Positions 33,018 to 49,299 of a stretch of DNA of 64,000 nt are shown piece by piece; position 1 is the stretch's first letter, and each line of letters starts with the position of its first letter. The DNA is taken from the NCBI GenBank assembly GCA_964016885.1, contig OZ024753.1:19344001-19408000 (forward strand), written 5' to 3'. This DNA is from Eledone cirrhosa (taxonomy: Eukaryota). The notes below the pieces were generated by a model, which ran no database searches, had not been told where the DNA came from, and saw nothing but the letters and a program-made list of their open reading frames with translations. The position numbers and the translations under genes are program-made.

Positions 33018-36000
33018 GGGAAGAAGACGCACGAGGTGACGGAAGGTCATGAAATCGCTCCCGTAAGTTTTGAATTTTTAACATATTTAAATCATTTGTG
33101 AAATAACAACTCTTAGTACAAATGCTACGTAAAGCATCCGGCTTGAGCCCCAAAAAATTCGGACCCAAAATATATTGTTATAAGGCTCAAATATTCAAAT
33201 ATTCAACTTTGTATTGTACATTGTATATTCAAAAAAGAAAATAGCTATAAATGGAAGAAGAACCCCCCCCCCCCTCCTCCGTCTACGCTATATAGAACAG
33301 CCAAACAACACCAGAAACTAGATATAACACCTACCCCATCACCTCTCTGTGTACACTAAACACAACAGCCAGATAACGGCAATTTCACCACCACCGCCAC
33401 CGCTCACTACGGCCATCATTACCACCACTATCCCATCACCGCCGCCACCACCCCTTGACTCCTTCACTACTGCCACCGCTACAGCACCATCACTACAGTA
33501 ATACGGTCACATCACCGCCACCACTGCCTCGGTATCGACATCACCACCACCACTGTCTCAGTATCGCTACCGCCGCCAGTCTCCCACTTCTCCCTGCTGG
33601 CTGCTACTTCCACATTATAGAATTCCTACTACTAACAAAGAGGAAGACATCAAAATATATAGATAGACTCAAAAGAAAAAAGAAAAAACAAACAACAAAA
33701 CCAAAGCAGCACAGCAACAACAGCAAAAACGAGAAAAACAAACAGAGAAAAACAAAAACAAAAAAAGAAACCCCAAAAACGTAAAGAAAATAAGAATGAA
33801 GAGAGAAGCAGGCGGACGGACAGAGAAGAGGGGGGAAAAAGTAAAACTTAAATAACAAAAACTAAGTCAGACATTCGAACACTACATTACAATGAAACTT
33901 ATGCTTATTCATTTTTGGGGCCCTTTCTGCCTGTGTGTTTGTTTGTTTATGTGTGGTCGTATACAGCGTGGTGATAATGCCACACAAGGGCCAAGTGGGA
34001 TGGCGGATCCACAGATGGCTATGTAACCATACATTCGCCAATCCTCGATAAGAGTGTTTAAATATCGAACATAAACAGTTCGAATAACGGTGAAATGGAG
34101 ACTAGAACGTCATGTGACAGACTCTCACCCAACAGGTGCCCCCTGGCTCAGCAGCAGGAACCTGACTGTCAACCAAATACTGCTGATGTTGGAGGAAGAA
34201 GAAGAAGGAAAGGGGCCAGAACCAACTGGACGAAAGAATTGAATAGAACTGTTATGCAATGCTACCTGAAAAGTAACCCCAAGGAGAGGGGCTACAGGAG
34301 ACGGATGCATTACATCTGGAACGAGATTGGTTTATTTAAATTAGATGAACAAAAATTGGCCGGGCAGGCTCGGGTAATAGAACTAATGGGTGGATAAGCG
34401 AGCTGGAACTGGAGGAACTGAGCAGAGAGAATGGCTTGGAGATGGCGGGTGTAGCATGCCAGACAAGCGAGCCAGTGGGAAATGAAGGTGAAGAGGTCCT
34501 GAGAACGGAGGAACCACCCGAAGCAGACAATGATCTGAATACTGAGATAAATAATACCTGGAACAGAGATACGGCCACTGAGGAGATGAATGCTGACGGG
34601 CTAGGACAAGATTCGGTTGACATCCTAAATTTAGTGGTAGATGAATTGAACAATGATAGTGGGAGACCTATGAACCTAAGATTTGTAGACAGGAAAAAGT
34701 TAAAAGAAACAACAGCTAAGGTAAACAAAGTCATCCCATACCTTGAGGCGAGGAGCCTTCACCAGTGCAACAATATCCTCAAAGCAACAGCAAATACGGT
34801 GAGGAAACTACTTGGTATAAAAGCGAGAGGAAACAACAGACAAGAAAGAGCAGAGCCGTGGTGGAAGAAGCGACTGAGTGGGCAAATCGGGGAAATGAGA
34901 AATGACATAGGAAAGCTTGAGTCACTACTGAATGGGACACTAAAAAACATAGGCACTAAAAATAGACTGGAAATAAAATACAAAACTAGGAGTAAAAAGC
35001 TAAATATTATCATAGAGGAATTGAAGCAACGCATTGTAGCAAAGAGTGCAAAAATCAGGCGATACGAGAACAGAGTCAGTCAGTATAAACAGAACCGCAT
35101 GTTCGACAACAACCAGAAGATGCTGTTTGGACAGCTTGAGGGGAATGAAAGAGGTAACGACTTGATCCCTGGGGCGGAACAAACTAAAACATTCTGGAGA
35201 GGAATATGGGAGCAGGATGTTAGACACAATGCCCAGGCAGGGTGGATTGAGACAGTACAGAGGGAGATCGGTGAGCAGGCACAACAACAAACTGATTTGA
35301 GTATCACAGTTGAAACTCTTAAGGGGCAAGCCAAAAAACTAACCAACTGGAAATCACCAGGCCCAGATGGTGTGCAGGGGTATTGGATTAAACATTTAAC
35401 ATCCCTCCACCCGAAGCTGACGGCCATGTTCAATGACTGCTTGGTGTCGGGTGAGGTGCCAGAGTGGTTGACAAAAGGTACCACAGTTCTGATAATGAAA
35501 GACCGAATCAAGGGTAATGATGTTACCAACTATAGACCTATCACATGTCTGTCCGTAATGTGGAAACTGTTGACGAGCATTGTGTCTGAGGAAATCTACC
35601 ATCACCTCCACACAAACAACTTGTTACCAGACGAACAGAAAGGATGCCGAAAGACGTCACGTGGTACAAAGGACCAGTTACTTATTGATAAGATCGTAAT
35701 GGGGAATTGCAGGAGGAGACACACTGATCTTGCCATGGGATGGATAGACTACAGAAAGGCATTTGACATGGTGCCTCATTCCTGGATCACCAAAAGCCTG
35801 GAGATCTTCAGGGTGGCAGATAACATCAGACAGTTGCTAGGCAGGAGTATGGGGTCCTGGGAGACAGAGTTGACATCAACTGGAGTATCCTTGGGAAGCG
35901 TGAAGATCAAGAGAGGTATCTTCCAGGGAGATAGCCTGTCCCCTCTGTTGTTTGTCCTTGCACTGATGCCCTTGACCATTATGGTGCGAAAAGTGAGAGC

Positions 36001-37555
36001 GGGATACAAGTTGGGAAGGGGAGAGCTTACCATCAATCACCTCCTCTTCATGGCGATCTTAAGCTCTTCGGGAAAAGTGAGAAGGAGTTGGATGTGCTTG
36101 TTGACACTGTCCGTATTGTCAGCAGTGATATATGTATGCAGTTTGGTATTGGTAAATGTGGAGTCATTGTGATGAAGAGGGGTAGGTTGAGCAGAAGTAA
36201 CGGGATCCAGATACCAACAGGTGAGATGATAAAGGAAATTGACTCTGAGGAAGGATACAAGTATTTGGGCGTTCTGGAGGCTGATGGCATAAAGAACAAA
36301 AAAATGAAGGAATTGTTAACAACTGAATACATTCGGAGAGTAAGGAGCGTATTGAAGTCACATCTGAACAGCAGAAATGCCATAAGCGCAGTAAATTCCC
36401 GAGCTGTGTCTATTATTAGGTATAGCGCGGGAATTCTGAGATGGAATGTTGCTGAACAAAAAGAAATGGATAGGAAGACTAGGAAGCTATTGACTATCTA
36501 CAACATGTTCCACAAGAGGAGTGATGTCGATAGACTCTACCTAAGGAGATCTGAGGGTGGAAGAGGTCTTATCAGCATAGAGGACTGTGTTCAGATGGAG
36601 AAAAACAACCTATACAAATACGTGACCTATAGTAAGGAGCCAATGCTCAGAACTGTACTGAAGGAGGGGACAGTAGGCCAGGGGATGTCCAAGGAGGAAA
36701 TAACATCAAGGAGGAAGAGCAGCCTTAAGGGAAAATCTCTTCATAGTACCTTCTTTGAGAAAACTGAATTTAGAGATCCACAGACATGGAACTGGTTGAG
36801 AAGAGGAGACCTCAAAAAGGCTACAGAAGGAATGCTAATGGCTGCGCAGGAGCAGGCCCTCAAAACGAAGTGGTTGAAGCACCATATCTACAAGGAGGAG
36901 GCTAGCCCACTGTGCAGGATCTGTGGAGAGAGGAGACTGTGGCTCACATTGTGTCCGAGTGTAAACACCTAGCCCAGACCCACTATAAGGGCTGGAGACA
37001 CGATGTGATGGGCAGGGTGATCCACTGGCACCTGTGCAAAGTAAACAATTTACCACATTCTGAGAAATGGTATGAGCATAGGCCAGAGGCGGTGATGGAG
37101 AACAATCAGGTGAAGGTGCTGTGGGATTTTAGGATACAGACGGACAAAAAACTGGAACACAATAGACCTGACCTGGTGGTTGTGGACAAAGAAAAAAGAT
37201 AGTGCCTGATTGTGGATGTGGCCTGCCCGTTCGACACGAGAGTGCAAGAGAAGGAGAGGGAGAAAATTAACCGATACCAGGACCTAAAGTGGGAGGTGAA
37301 AAGGATTTGGAACTGCCATGAAGTCAAAGTGATCCCGATTGTCATAGGCGCACTGGGGACTATCTCCAAAGGTTTCCAGGGATGGTTAAAGAAAATCGGC
37401 CCCTTCACGCTTTTTGGAACGCTTCAAAAGGCATGCTTGCTTGGAACGGCAAGAACCCTCCGATACGTCCTGAATATCTGAGGCTGCAGGTAGTGGCTTG
37501 ATATTCAATCCAACGGACTTTCCAGTTAACCAACATCAATGACTGAGATTCAAGG
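33018..37555 (+). mobile_element. Full-length R4/Dong-type RLE non-LTR retrotransposon, copy 2 (ORF ~34095-37481, few frameshifts)
   Basis: Same domains as copy 1; starts gggaagaaga immediately after taataataa; ends in (TAA)n then (GAA)n. Confidence 0.95.
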
Positions 37556-37567
37556 AATAACAATAAC

Positions 37568-37648
<81 letters not shown>

Positions 37649-38419
37649 ACAGTAAGGATGCTTGAAGAGAAATCTGCTAGATTACAATTTGTAATCCAAG
37701 CTGCGATAAAGCTATTTCTTTTCATGGATAATAAATCACATCAAATCTCGTCGTTTGACGTTGGTTTACAAATTCAATTCCATACTTTAAACTGTTTCTA
37801 TTTCCTCATTTTCACTGACAATAAAAAAAATACCTCAAACGTGAATTAATGTGGAATTTAAACTAATGTAACTAATTTAAACTAATGTACCAAGCTATCT
37901 GTCGGTGAGAGGAGAAACAGGAATTTGTAATTAAAAAAGGCATTTATAAAAAATTAATCAGAAACGAAAAATATTTGAAGGAATTTAATCAGTGTTACCA
38001 ATTTTAATGTCTAAAATAATTTCAAATTTTATTGATTACTTTGACCTTAGGTTAGTTTTTATATATCTGGTGTTGTGTTTCGTTGGAGAAAATGTTAGTT
38101 TTCAACTTAGAAAATAATCAACCATTAATTTCAGAGAATTTATAAAAAGATATTTTTCCTGGGCGCTCTAAAGATGTTGACGATTCAAATTATTGGCTTT
38201 CATTTTAACATAATTACACACGAAATGTCTACAAGAAAATCATTAAGTCTTTATGTTAGAGCTGTTGAATTTCAATATTGATATAATCAGGAGAAATAAC
38301 GCATAACTACAGTCCTGAATGGACTACAGAGATTTTAATCTTAAGCAGATTCAAAGCCCCCGTTTATATCTCTCTCCATATCTATGCCTGTCTATATATC
38401 TATCTATTTTTATATCAGA

Positions 38420-38935
38420 AAGAGTCTTGATCCGGTGGTTTGGTCCGGACCTCCAGGTGGAGAAGAACTGGAACGAAGTGACGGCCAAGGTGTTTGCACT
38501 CACCCAGAAGTGGGCCGAGTGCAAACTATCCTTGAAAGGTCGAGCGGAGGTGGCGAACACTTTTATAGCGTCCGCCATCTACTACCGCTTGACCGTCGTG
38601 CCTTGTCCAGCCAAAACGCTCGCCAAAATGGAGCGCGCCCTCTTCCGATTCCTTTGGAAGAGGCGGGCTCCTTTGGTAAGAAGATCCATCTGCTGCCAAC
38701 ACCCTTCTAATGGAGGGCTGGGGTTGCCGTGGTTGACGATGCGCAAACACGCGCTCAGGCTGCGGCATCTCTACGTATTCCTCACCGGACAACCGGTGTG
38801 GGCCCCGTTCGTGAGGCGAGCCTTCCCACGACTCGTCTCACTGACCGAGCTGCAGTCCTGGGTCAAGCAGAGACCGAGGAAAATGGGCGACTGGCACATC
38901 GAATGTGCTCAGGCGCTCACAGCCCTCTGGCAGGC
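38420..38935 (+). mobile_element. Tx1/L1-clade LINE ORF2 internal fragment
   Basis: W..KLSLKGRAEVAN..YYRL..LFRFLW..HPSNGGLGLP, the post-RT region of Tx1/L1. Confidence 0.85.
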
Positions 38936-39328
38936 AATAAATAATTCCGACCTTAACTATCAACGCATCTCTCCAAAAGTAACCAGTATAATAAAACCCC
39001 TACTATAACATTTTGATTAAGATATCTACAAACTACTTTCTCCTACTTCTCCAACCCCTGCATATCTTTCTCTCTCTCTCCCTCTCCCCTACTTTTCTCT
39101 CTTCCTTTTCTACTCTATCTTCCCCAACAACCCCACTTAAGGGTATTTACATTGTACATTTTACCATTCTGCTCTGAGGATACAGTGGTCACAGCATTGG
39201 ATATTTGAGTTCTGCAAATACTTGTAAATTTGCACATAGCATAACTAGGCTGTAGTACCACCGTGGAAACATTTGTAAGCACGCGGAATAAATTACCTTT
39301 TTATGATGTCTACTTGTTATTATTCATT

Positions 39329-39332
<4 letters not shown>
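38936..39332 (+). mobile_element. Penelope-like 3' terminus with long-stem-II HHR
   Basis: 39170-39281: tgct-CTGAGGA-tacagtggtcacagc...gctgtagtaccaccgtg-GAAA-catttg-TA-agca. The last ~90 nt are repeated at 48635-48728. Confidence 0.75.
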
Positions 39333-41010
<1,678 letters not shown>

Positions 41011-41500
41011 ATATATATATATTTATATATATATATATTGATTAGTTTCTTTCAACCTAGTTTTCAATTCAGTTTTCTGAATTTTGTAAACGTGATCTCG
41101 GGGGAAGAAGGTTTTTTTCTTTGGGAAAGAAATTTTTTTCTCTAGAAGAAATTTCATAGGAACTCTATATATTTTTTAGGGAAACTTTATATTTTTATTT
41201 TCTTATTTTATTAGCCTCTTAATTTTCTTCTAGACTAACAGGTGTATTGGAGCCTGTAAGCTTTATGCACTCATTGAGGGATTTTCTGAGGTGCTTCTAC
41301 GGGACCCCAACTCTCTTGGTTTAATGTTGATGCGTGAATTATATATTTTTGTCTAATTTTTAAACTTCAATCCCTGACCTCGACAACTAATATAAAAGAG
41401 CCCCCCTTAAAGCGGAGTTGCTGATGTATACAACAATTTCAAACTGCTAGCCTTGAGTGATACGTTGATGTAAACAATGATCTTGCAATCACATGTTATA

Positions 41501-41547
41501 TGCCTTGATAAGTCCCACCATGGGGTCGGACGAAACGGCTGTCGGCA
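41501..41547 (+). ncRNA. Type I hammerhead motif, U3-A8 core variant
   Basis: tgcc-TTGATAA-gtcc-caccatggggtc-ggac-GAAA-cggctg-TC-ggca, followed by aataaa and (TA)n ~45 nt later. Confidence 0.8.
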
Positions 41548-41592
41548 ATAAACTTGTTATAATGTCATAATAGTTCCTTTGTTCTTTTTCAC

Positions 41593-41625
<33 letters not shown>

Positions 41626-41663
41626 CATTTATATATATATTTATATATATATTTATATATATA

Positions 41664-41713
<50 letters not shown>

Positions 41714-41777
41714 TTTTTTATATATATATATATATACGATATTAATAAATGGAAACTATATTTATAAAACCATATTT

Positions 41778-41841
41778 ATTTCATTATACATATTTCAGGG
41801 ATACAAAATTAAAATATGGTATGCCTTCATCAGACAAAATA
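41778..41841 (-). ncRNA. Hammerhead motif, family of 10685
   Basis: Minus strand: tattttgt-CTGATGA-aggcatac...gtatccct-GAAA-tatgta-TA-atgaaata. Confidence 0.7.
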
Positions 41842-42433
41842 CAATATATAACAGTTTTACAAATAAGCTTTGACGTACCCTATTAAAATGCTACCATTGT
41901 TTTTGGATGTCATCCGGATAGTGACTTGTTTATATTACTTTAATAAGTCATAGTGTTAAGGACAATTAGAAAAAGACGGAGAGAAAGAAAAAAGACGGAG
42001 AGAAAGAAAAAACGTGGAGAAATATCGGGGAGAGAGATGCATGGAGAAAATAAAGAAAGAGATAAGTAAAGACAGGAGGAAAGGAAGAAAGAAAAAAAAG
42101 GAAGAAATAAGAAAAACAGAGGAAAGCAACAGAGAGATATTAAGTCAACAGACAGATAGAAAAACTCGAGAGAAATATTATATAGAGAGGGAGATTATGA
42201 AAACTTTACGTCATGTCATATTAAGTAAAGTTAACAATTCATATGAAATGAATAATAAAAATATAAATATTAATATTCATGAATGGGATATAGATATATA
42301 ATATGAGAAATTAAACATTGTTTAATAATGACTATATGTTTAGTTTAAACCTTGAGATCAATATACCAACATTTGGGTTTAATCTCCAAAATGTACACAT
42401 TGCTAGAGAAGTCAGTATCTCAGGCAAAGACAC

Positions 42434-42499
<66 letters not shown>

Positions 42500-43214
42500 G
42501 CACGTTCTGAAAATAGAAATTATATTTACTCAAGTCAACAATATAGACATATAAAACGCAGACGATTTCTCTTAATCACTGCTATACATTCCTTGTGTTA
42601 TAAAAAGGTTCACAGTATATATACACTACATATATACAATTAACATTCATGACTTCATATATATGATTAACCTTCCTGCATTTAACATTTTGTTAAAATT
42701 ATGCATATCTGCAATCCAAACTGCGTGGTTATGCAACATAACTCTTACCCACACGCATACATACACACACACACATATACATATACACCTATATATGTAT
42801 AAATAAATATCTGCGTGCGTCTTCACGCATCGGTCATGTATACATACATACAATCATAAAACAACCTATAACACTTTTATATGCATGTTAATACACACAT
42901 ATACATTTGTATAGAGATAATCAAATATCAATATATTACTAAGGATTATACTTTGGAAATATAATTATGCCAATATAAATTTAAAATACCAAAGGATTAT
43001 ATTTTGGAAATACAATTATATCAATATAGTCAAAAGGACAAACGAATTCTAGAAATGTCAAAGCATTAAATATCTTTAAAACACTATAGTGTATCTTAAG
43101 TTAAAATAATATGTTTCATATATTTAGTATAGAAAATTATCCTACTTATATTTCAATCAAGATATTGAAAGGGTAGACTTATGAGAATTATGAGAAGCTA
43201 TCAGAATCAAATCA

Positions 43215-45186
43215 AAACTAATAAAAATAAAAATAAAAATAAATAAAAATAAAATAAAATAAAAGTTAAATAAATATTATATCAATATAATTTAAAAATT
43301 AAAAAATTTAAAAATCTAAAAATTACAAAAAAAAAAAAAAAGAATTCTAAAAAAGGGACTAGTGAGGTTATCGATTGGTTTAAAGAAATGAAATATACTT
43401 ATAATAATAAGTTTATTCAGCTGGATATTGCTAACTACTATTCATCTATCACTCCTAATCTACTGAATAAGGCACTAAATTACGCATTTAAACATACAGA
43501 CCTAACTAGCAATGAAATGCACATTATATTATCGGCAAGGAAAACATTGATAGAATTTAATAACCAACTCTAGACTAGGGCAGTTAGAAATAATAATTTC
43601 GACATAACTATGGGATCATCAGACTCAGCTCAGGTAACGTACCTTGTGGGCCTATTTATAATTAATTCGCTACATAGAAAAATACCAGGTGTAACCGGTG
43701 GCTTATATCGTGATGACATGCTTTTACTTATACAAAATAATAGCTGTGAACTAAATAGGAAAAGAAAACAAATTATACAATTTTTTAATTACCATAATCT
43801 AAAAGTAGAAATAGAGAATAACCATAAAATAGTCAATTTTCTTGACGTAACACTAAATCTCAACACATGTCTTCATTATCCATTTCACAAACTAAATGAG
43901 AACTTGAATTATGTTAATTTTAACTCTAATCACCCCAGATCTGTTAAAAATACTATAGTGAACCCTGTTCAAGAAAGAATTTCAAGAATTTCATCTCATA
44001 AAAATATATTTGATGAAAAAACGCAGTATTACAACGAAGCGTTAGGTAGAGCTGGATATAGAAATGAAATTAAATACATTGATAATAATAATAATAAGCA
44101 AACTAACCAAAATAATAACAAATTTAATTAGCAACTATAATAGAAAACATTACAATAATTCCAAAAGCGGAAAAAGAAATAGAACTAGAAACATATTATG
44201 GTTTGCTCCCCCTTTCTCACTAAATATTAAAACCCCTATTGCTAAATTATTCTTTAAAGCTCTTGACAAACGCTTCCCTAGCACACATAAATATTACTCA
44301 ATTTTTAATAGACACACTATAAAATTAACTTACTCGTCCACCAAAAATTTAGCACAAAATATTAATAGAATTAATAATAGAAATTTAAAACCTAACCAAA
44401 ATACCAATAATAACCCAAGCAATATTCAATTGAATAACTGTAACTGTAGAAATAGATCTAACTGTCCGTTAAATAACAACTGCTTAGCTAAAAATGTAGT
44501 GTACAATTGTAATGTTAAAACTAATTTAAGTTCATTTAACTATGTTGGTTCTACCTCGACTGAATTTAAATTTCGCTTCAATAATCATAAAAATTCTTTC
44601 ACAGATCAAAAAAAAAATCTTCAACTTCGCTATCTAGCCTACTATGGGACCTAAAACGAGATAATGTTAAATATTAGATGACTTGGAATATTATTTCACA
44701 AGCTACTCCTTTTAATTCCTCTTCAGAAAATTGTGATCTTTGTATTAAAGAAATATTCTTTATATTAAAGTCCAAAAATTCCCTTAATTTAAGGAACAAT
44801 TTATTCAGCTGCTGCAGACATAGATTGAACTCAACGTTTAAATATAAATATAAATTTAAAATGTAGTATAATTAATTAAGTAATTTAGTTAATATATAAA
44901 ACATGTCGATAAATCATTAGATTCCTTCACCTTTTTCTTTTTAAACTTTCTTCATAAATATAAACATAGATATAATAAAGTACTTTAAAATGTCTATACT
45001 TACAATATCTTAAATAAAATAAGCGTAGGATAAATTTCTATACTAAATATAAGGATATCTGTAGAATCCTTGGGTTTTTTAAATCTTTTAAATTTTGAAT
45101 TTTAAAAATCTTTGAAATTTTTTTTAAAATTTTCTGAAATTTTTATATTTTTAAATTATATTGATATAATATTTATTTAACTTTTA
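43215..45186 (+). mobile_element. 5'-truncated Penelope-like element (RT + Cys linker + GIY-YIG; Neptune-like) with inverted 3'-end copy
   Basis: LDIANYYSSI, MGS, GLYRDD, VNFLDVTL (RT); WFAPPFS; CNCRNRSNCPL..C; VVY..NYVGST..FKFRFNNH (GIY-YIG); CDLC..E, CCRH. ~43255-43350 is the reverse complement of ~45060-45185. Stop at 43571 and frameshifts. Confidence 0.92.
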
Positions 45187-45192
45187 TATATA

Positions 45193-45283
<91 letters not shown>

Positions 45284-45317
45284 TTATATATATATATAAA
45301 TGTATGTATGCATACGT

Positions 45318-46074
45318 ACATGATGGCTGCCCCCTCGTTATCGAGTATGGCCATTGAACGAGAAGAAAAACAAAATAATAATAATAACAATAATAATAAT
45401 AATAGCAATAATAATAATAACGACAACAACAATAATAATATCCATATTCACATATATATACACACACACGCACGCACATAAGCATATCTACACACACACA
45501 CACGATAGCAACTAACAGTGCTGCGATCGAATGTGGCTTTTTAGCCCAACCAATGATCTAAAATGTCTTGCACAGAGTCGGCAATCAAAACATTCACTGG
45601 GAATAGTCGGCTGTGGTTGGAGTTCGTGTACTTTTGCATGTCGCTTGAGCCCTCCTGCTGATTTACATTCTCTACCACATGTTTGGCAAGCATGATGAGT
45701 AGCATCTCCAACAGCAGCCTGGTAATCAACCACTGGTCTTACTTTATGGCTGCGAAGATGACTTTCGAGTCCAGCTTTGCTTAGGCAGAGTCACGCACAG
45801 ACGCTGCATGTCAGCACCATAGGATGACCCTCGCGGTCTGGAAGTGCAACAGCAATGCCCTTCCTCACATCCCGCTTTACTTTCTCGTGTGCGATTCGAG
45901 ATGCCTCAAAGGCAACTTTTCCCTCATATACAGTCTTTCTCCATTTATTACGATCAGCAGCAACATTTTTCCATGTATCAGCAGAGATGTTAGCGTCTTT
46001 CAGAGAGGCTTTCAAGGAATCCTTATACCTCTTTTTTGGTTTATGTGGCGGTCGTTTTCCTTTAACCAACTCTC

Positions 46075-46077
<3 letters not shown>
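45318..46077 (-). mobile_element. RTE (BovB-like) LINE 3' end with C2H2 fingers
   Basis: YGELVKGKRP..PKKRYKDSLK..W..AADRNKWR; CQTCGREC..GLKRHAKVH; CRLC..GLKSHIRSQH; 3' UTR split by microsatellites. Confidence 0.85.
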
Positions 46078-46673
<596 letters not shown>

Positions 46674-46691
46674 ATATATATATATATATAT

Positions 46692-46822
46692 ATAATTGTT
46701 TCTAGTTTTGGCACAAGGCCAGCAATTATCCCAGTGCATTACTGGCACTTTATTTTATTGACCCCCCGTAAGGATGAAAGGTAAAGTTAACCTCGGCGGG
46801 ATATGAACTCGGAGCGTAAATG
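46692..46822 (-). mobile_element. tRNA/Meta-type SINE
   Basis: ggcacaaggccagcaatt..ctggcactttattttattgacccc..ggatgaaagg..cctcggcgggatatgaactc. Confidence 0.75.
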
Positions 46823-46951
46823 GTAGGACAATGGTGGGTTATATCCGTAGTTGTAGAGCACTCAGTCCATGGGACGAGTTTGGTAGGATATATATATATA
46901 TATATAAACAAGGGGTATAAGCCAACATTTCATGAATTACTCCTTTCATTA

Positions 46952-47008
46952 CTGTTATATATATTTCAGTGATAGCCACAATCCCACAGCTATGACCTCT
47001 TCAGACAG
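46952..47008 (-). ncRNA. Type I hammerhead motif
   Basis: Minus strand: ctgt-CTGAAGA-ggtcatagc-tgtgggattgtg-gctatcact-GAAA-tatata-TA-acag. Confidence 0.78.
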
Positions 47009-47184
47009 AAGCAACACATAGAAAACATGAAAAACAAAGTGTTCCTTGTTTATACAAACGACGTAGACGAATAAACTAAGGATGCACCCTACAAAAAACG
47101 TTTCCCCGTCTATAAACACACACATGTTATATATATACAGACTCATATATATATGTCTGTGTCTGTGTATATATATATATATAT

Positions 47185-47345
47185 AACGAAGGAAGTGTGG
47201 TAAGAATCCAGGCGGACCATAACGCACCAGAGTACTCGATACTTTGGGTAGTAGAGTGGGTAATAGGAAAACAGTCTGAACCCCGATGGCAGAGCTGAAG
47301 CCGTTTCGACAGCTATTTCTGAGCTCAGAAATACCTGTCGATATG
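47185..47345 (-). mobile_element. Truncated copy of the 9440/13445 family with a short terminal hairpin
   Basis: aacgaaggaagtgtgg...gccgtttcgacagctatttctgag/ctcagaaatacctgtcga. Confidence 0.75.
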
Positions 47346-47497
47346 TATATATATATATATATAACAACTGTTATACTAGTGACCTGTATTCAACCAAGTA
47401 CGCGATACTTGGGATACTAGAGTGGAGTTATATTAGAAATAGTCTAGTTTCGATGGTGGATCCCTTGGCGTTTCAACAACTAATTTCATAGCCTGGA

Positions 47498-47708
47498 ACT
47501 AGCAGTCGACACGGTAACAACTCAGCCGTCGGCCCCACACCCTAGCACAAGCAGTCGACACGGCACAACTCAGCCGTCGGGCCCACACCCTAGCACAAGC
47601 AGTCGACACGGCACAACTCAGCCGTCGGCCCCACACCCTAGCACAAGCAGTCGACACGGCACAACTCAGCCGTCGGGCCCACACCCTGAAACTAGCAGTC
47701 GACACGGC
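47498..47708. repeat. GC-rich 48-bp minisatellite, ~4.3 copies
   Basis: Unit agcagtcgacacggcacaactcagccgtcgg(c/g)cccacaccctagcaca at 47501, 47550, 47598 and 47646. Confidence 0.95.
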
Positions 47709-47758
47709 AACAACAAAACCGCCGGATCAAGACTCTTTCTGATATAAAAATAGATATA

Positions 47759-48632
47759 TTTCTTTATTAGCCACAGGGGCACAAAAGAAGGGGACAAATA
47801 CAAAGGGGGAAGTTTACATACAATAAAAACGTGTAAAATGTTATCACAGATGGAATTTAAAAGTTAGTCGATTTTCCCCAATAGAGGGAGACAGTTTATA
47901 TGGGTAACACATACCCCCAAAAAAAATGTGCAACCCTCATCTTCAGGAGTACGAAGAGCTTGTACTCCTTTCCTCTCCTCCTCCTTTTCCTCAATCTACA
48001 GGCTGATATAGAGAGAAGGCCCATTCACTCGGGCCATTCTCGCCACTTTCACCCACCTTTCATAAAACTTGCTGGGGTACAGCACCTCTCTCCACCCTGA
48101 TTCTTCTTCCAAAGTGGTATTTGAAAAAAAGAATCAGTTGTTGGCCGGAGAGAAAGGTGTCTGACCTCAGCCCTTTCAACCTTGTCCACCATACAACCTC
48201 TTTCGCCATAGCTATCACACAAAGGAAAACCGCCTCTCCTTCGTTTTTGAAGGAGGGTGGCGGTTTGATCATGACAATGGACTCGGTGGTCAACTGGATT
48301 GGTCCCACCCGCGACAATAGTCGTTCTACATATCGCCACAGGTCAGTGACGCCCGGGCAGTGTATGAATGCGTGCGCGACGGTTTCTTCGTCTCGCACGC
48401 ACCTCGGACAGATCTTTTTTGCAGGGTCCCTGCCCGGGCGCCCATGTCTGTAGAGCTTGTCTCGAACTGGTAGAGCTCCTCGGTAGCACTGCCAGGCCAG
48501 GGACTTTTGGAAGTTGTCCATCGGTCCCTGGCGGAAGGTCCTACCGAACAGACTGGCCAGTTCATCTTCCTCCACGCCTAGAGTTTCACCGAGCGCGTCG
48601 TCGCACTAGCTGCGGACCAACCCTCTATAGAA
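47759..48632 (-). mobile_element. Tx1/L1-clade LINE 3' part
   Basis: AWQCYRGALPV..CPRCVRDEETVAHAFIHCP..LWRYVE (zf-RVT); 3' UTR ending gctaataaagaaa; homologous to 21850-22697. Confidence 0.88.
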
Positions 48633-48864
48633 TGACTAGGCTGTAGTACCACCGTGGAAACATTTGTAAGCACACGGAATAAATTACCTTTTTATGATGT
48701 CTACTTGTTATTATTCATTCTTTATATACACTCCGGAATACAGAAGGATCAGGAACTAAGTTTCTTCAACAATTCTTCCATAACTCGTAGAGTAACCTCT
48801 TACCGTACGTCAACCATATCCAGTGTAGTAATTAACCATTACTACATCTTGGATAATCCTATAC

Positions 48865-49195
<331 letters not shown>

Positions 49196-49220
49196 TATAT
49201 ATAAATATATATATAAATAA

Positions 49221-49253
<33 letters not shown>

Positions 49254-49299
49254 TATATATAAATATATATATAAATAAATATATATATATATATATATA

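Noticed and set aside
28620-37408. Minus-strand ORFs over the Dong elements
   Set aside because: Antisense shadows of the RT ORF.
45512-45733. C2H2 zinc-finger host gene
   Set aside because: Continuous with the RTE C-terminal region and 3' UTR, so it is part of the LINE.
47499-47705. Repetitive Cys/Arg peptide ORF
   Set aside because: Translation of a 48-bp minisatellite.
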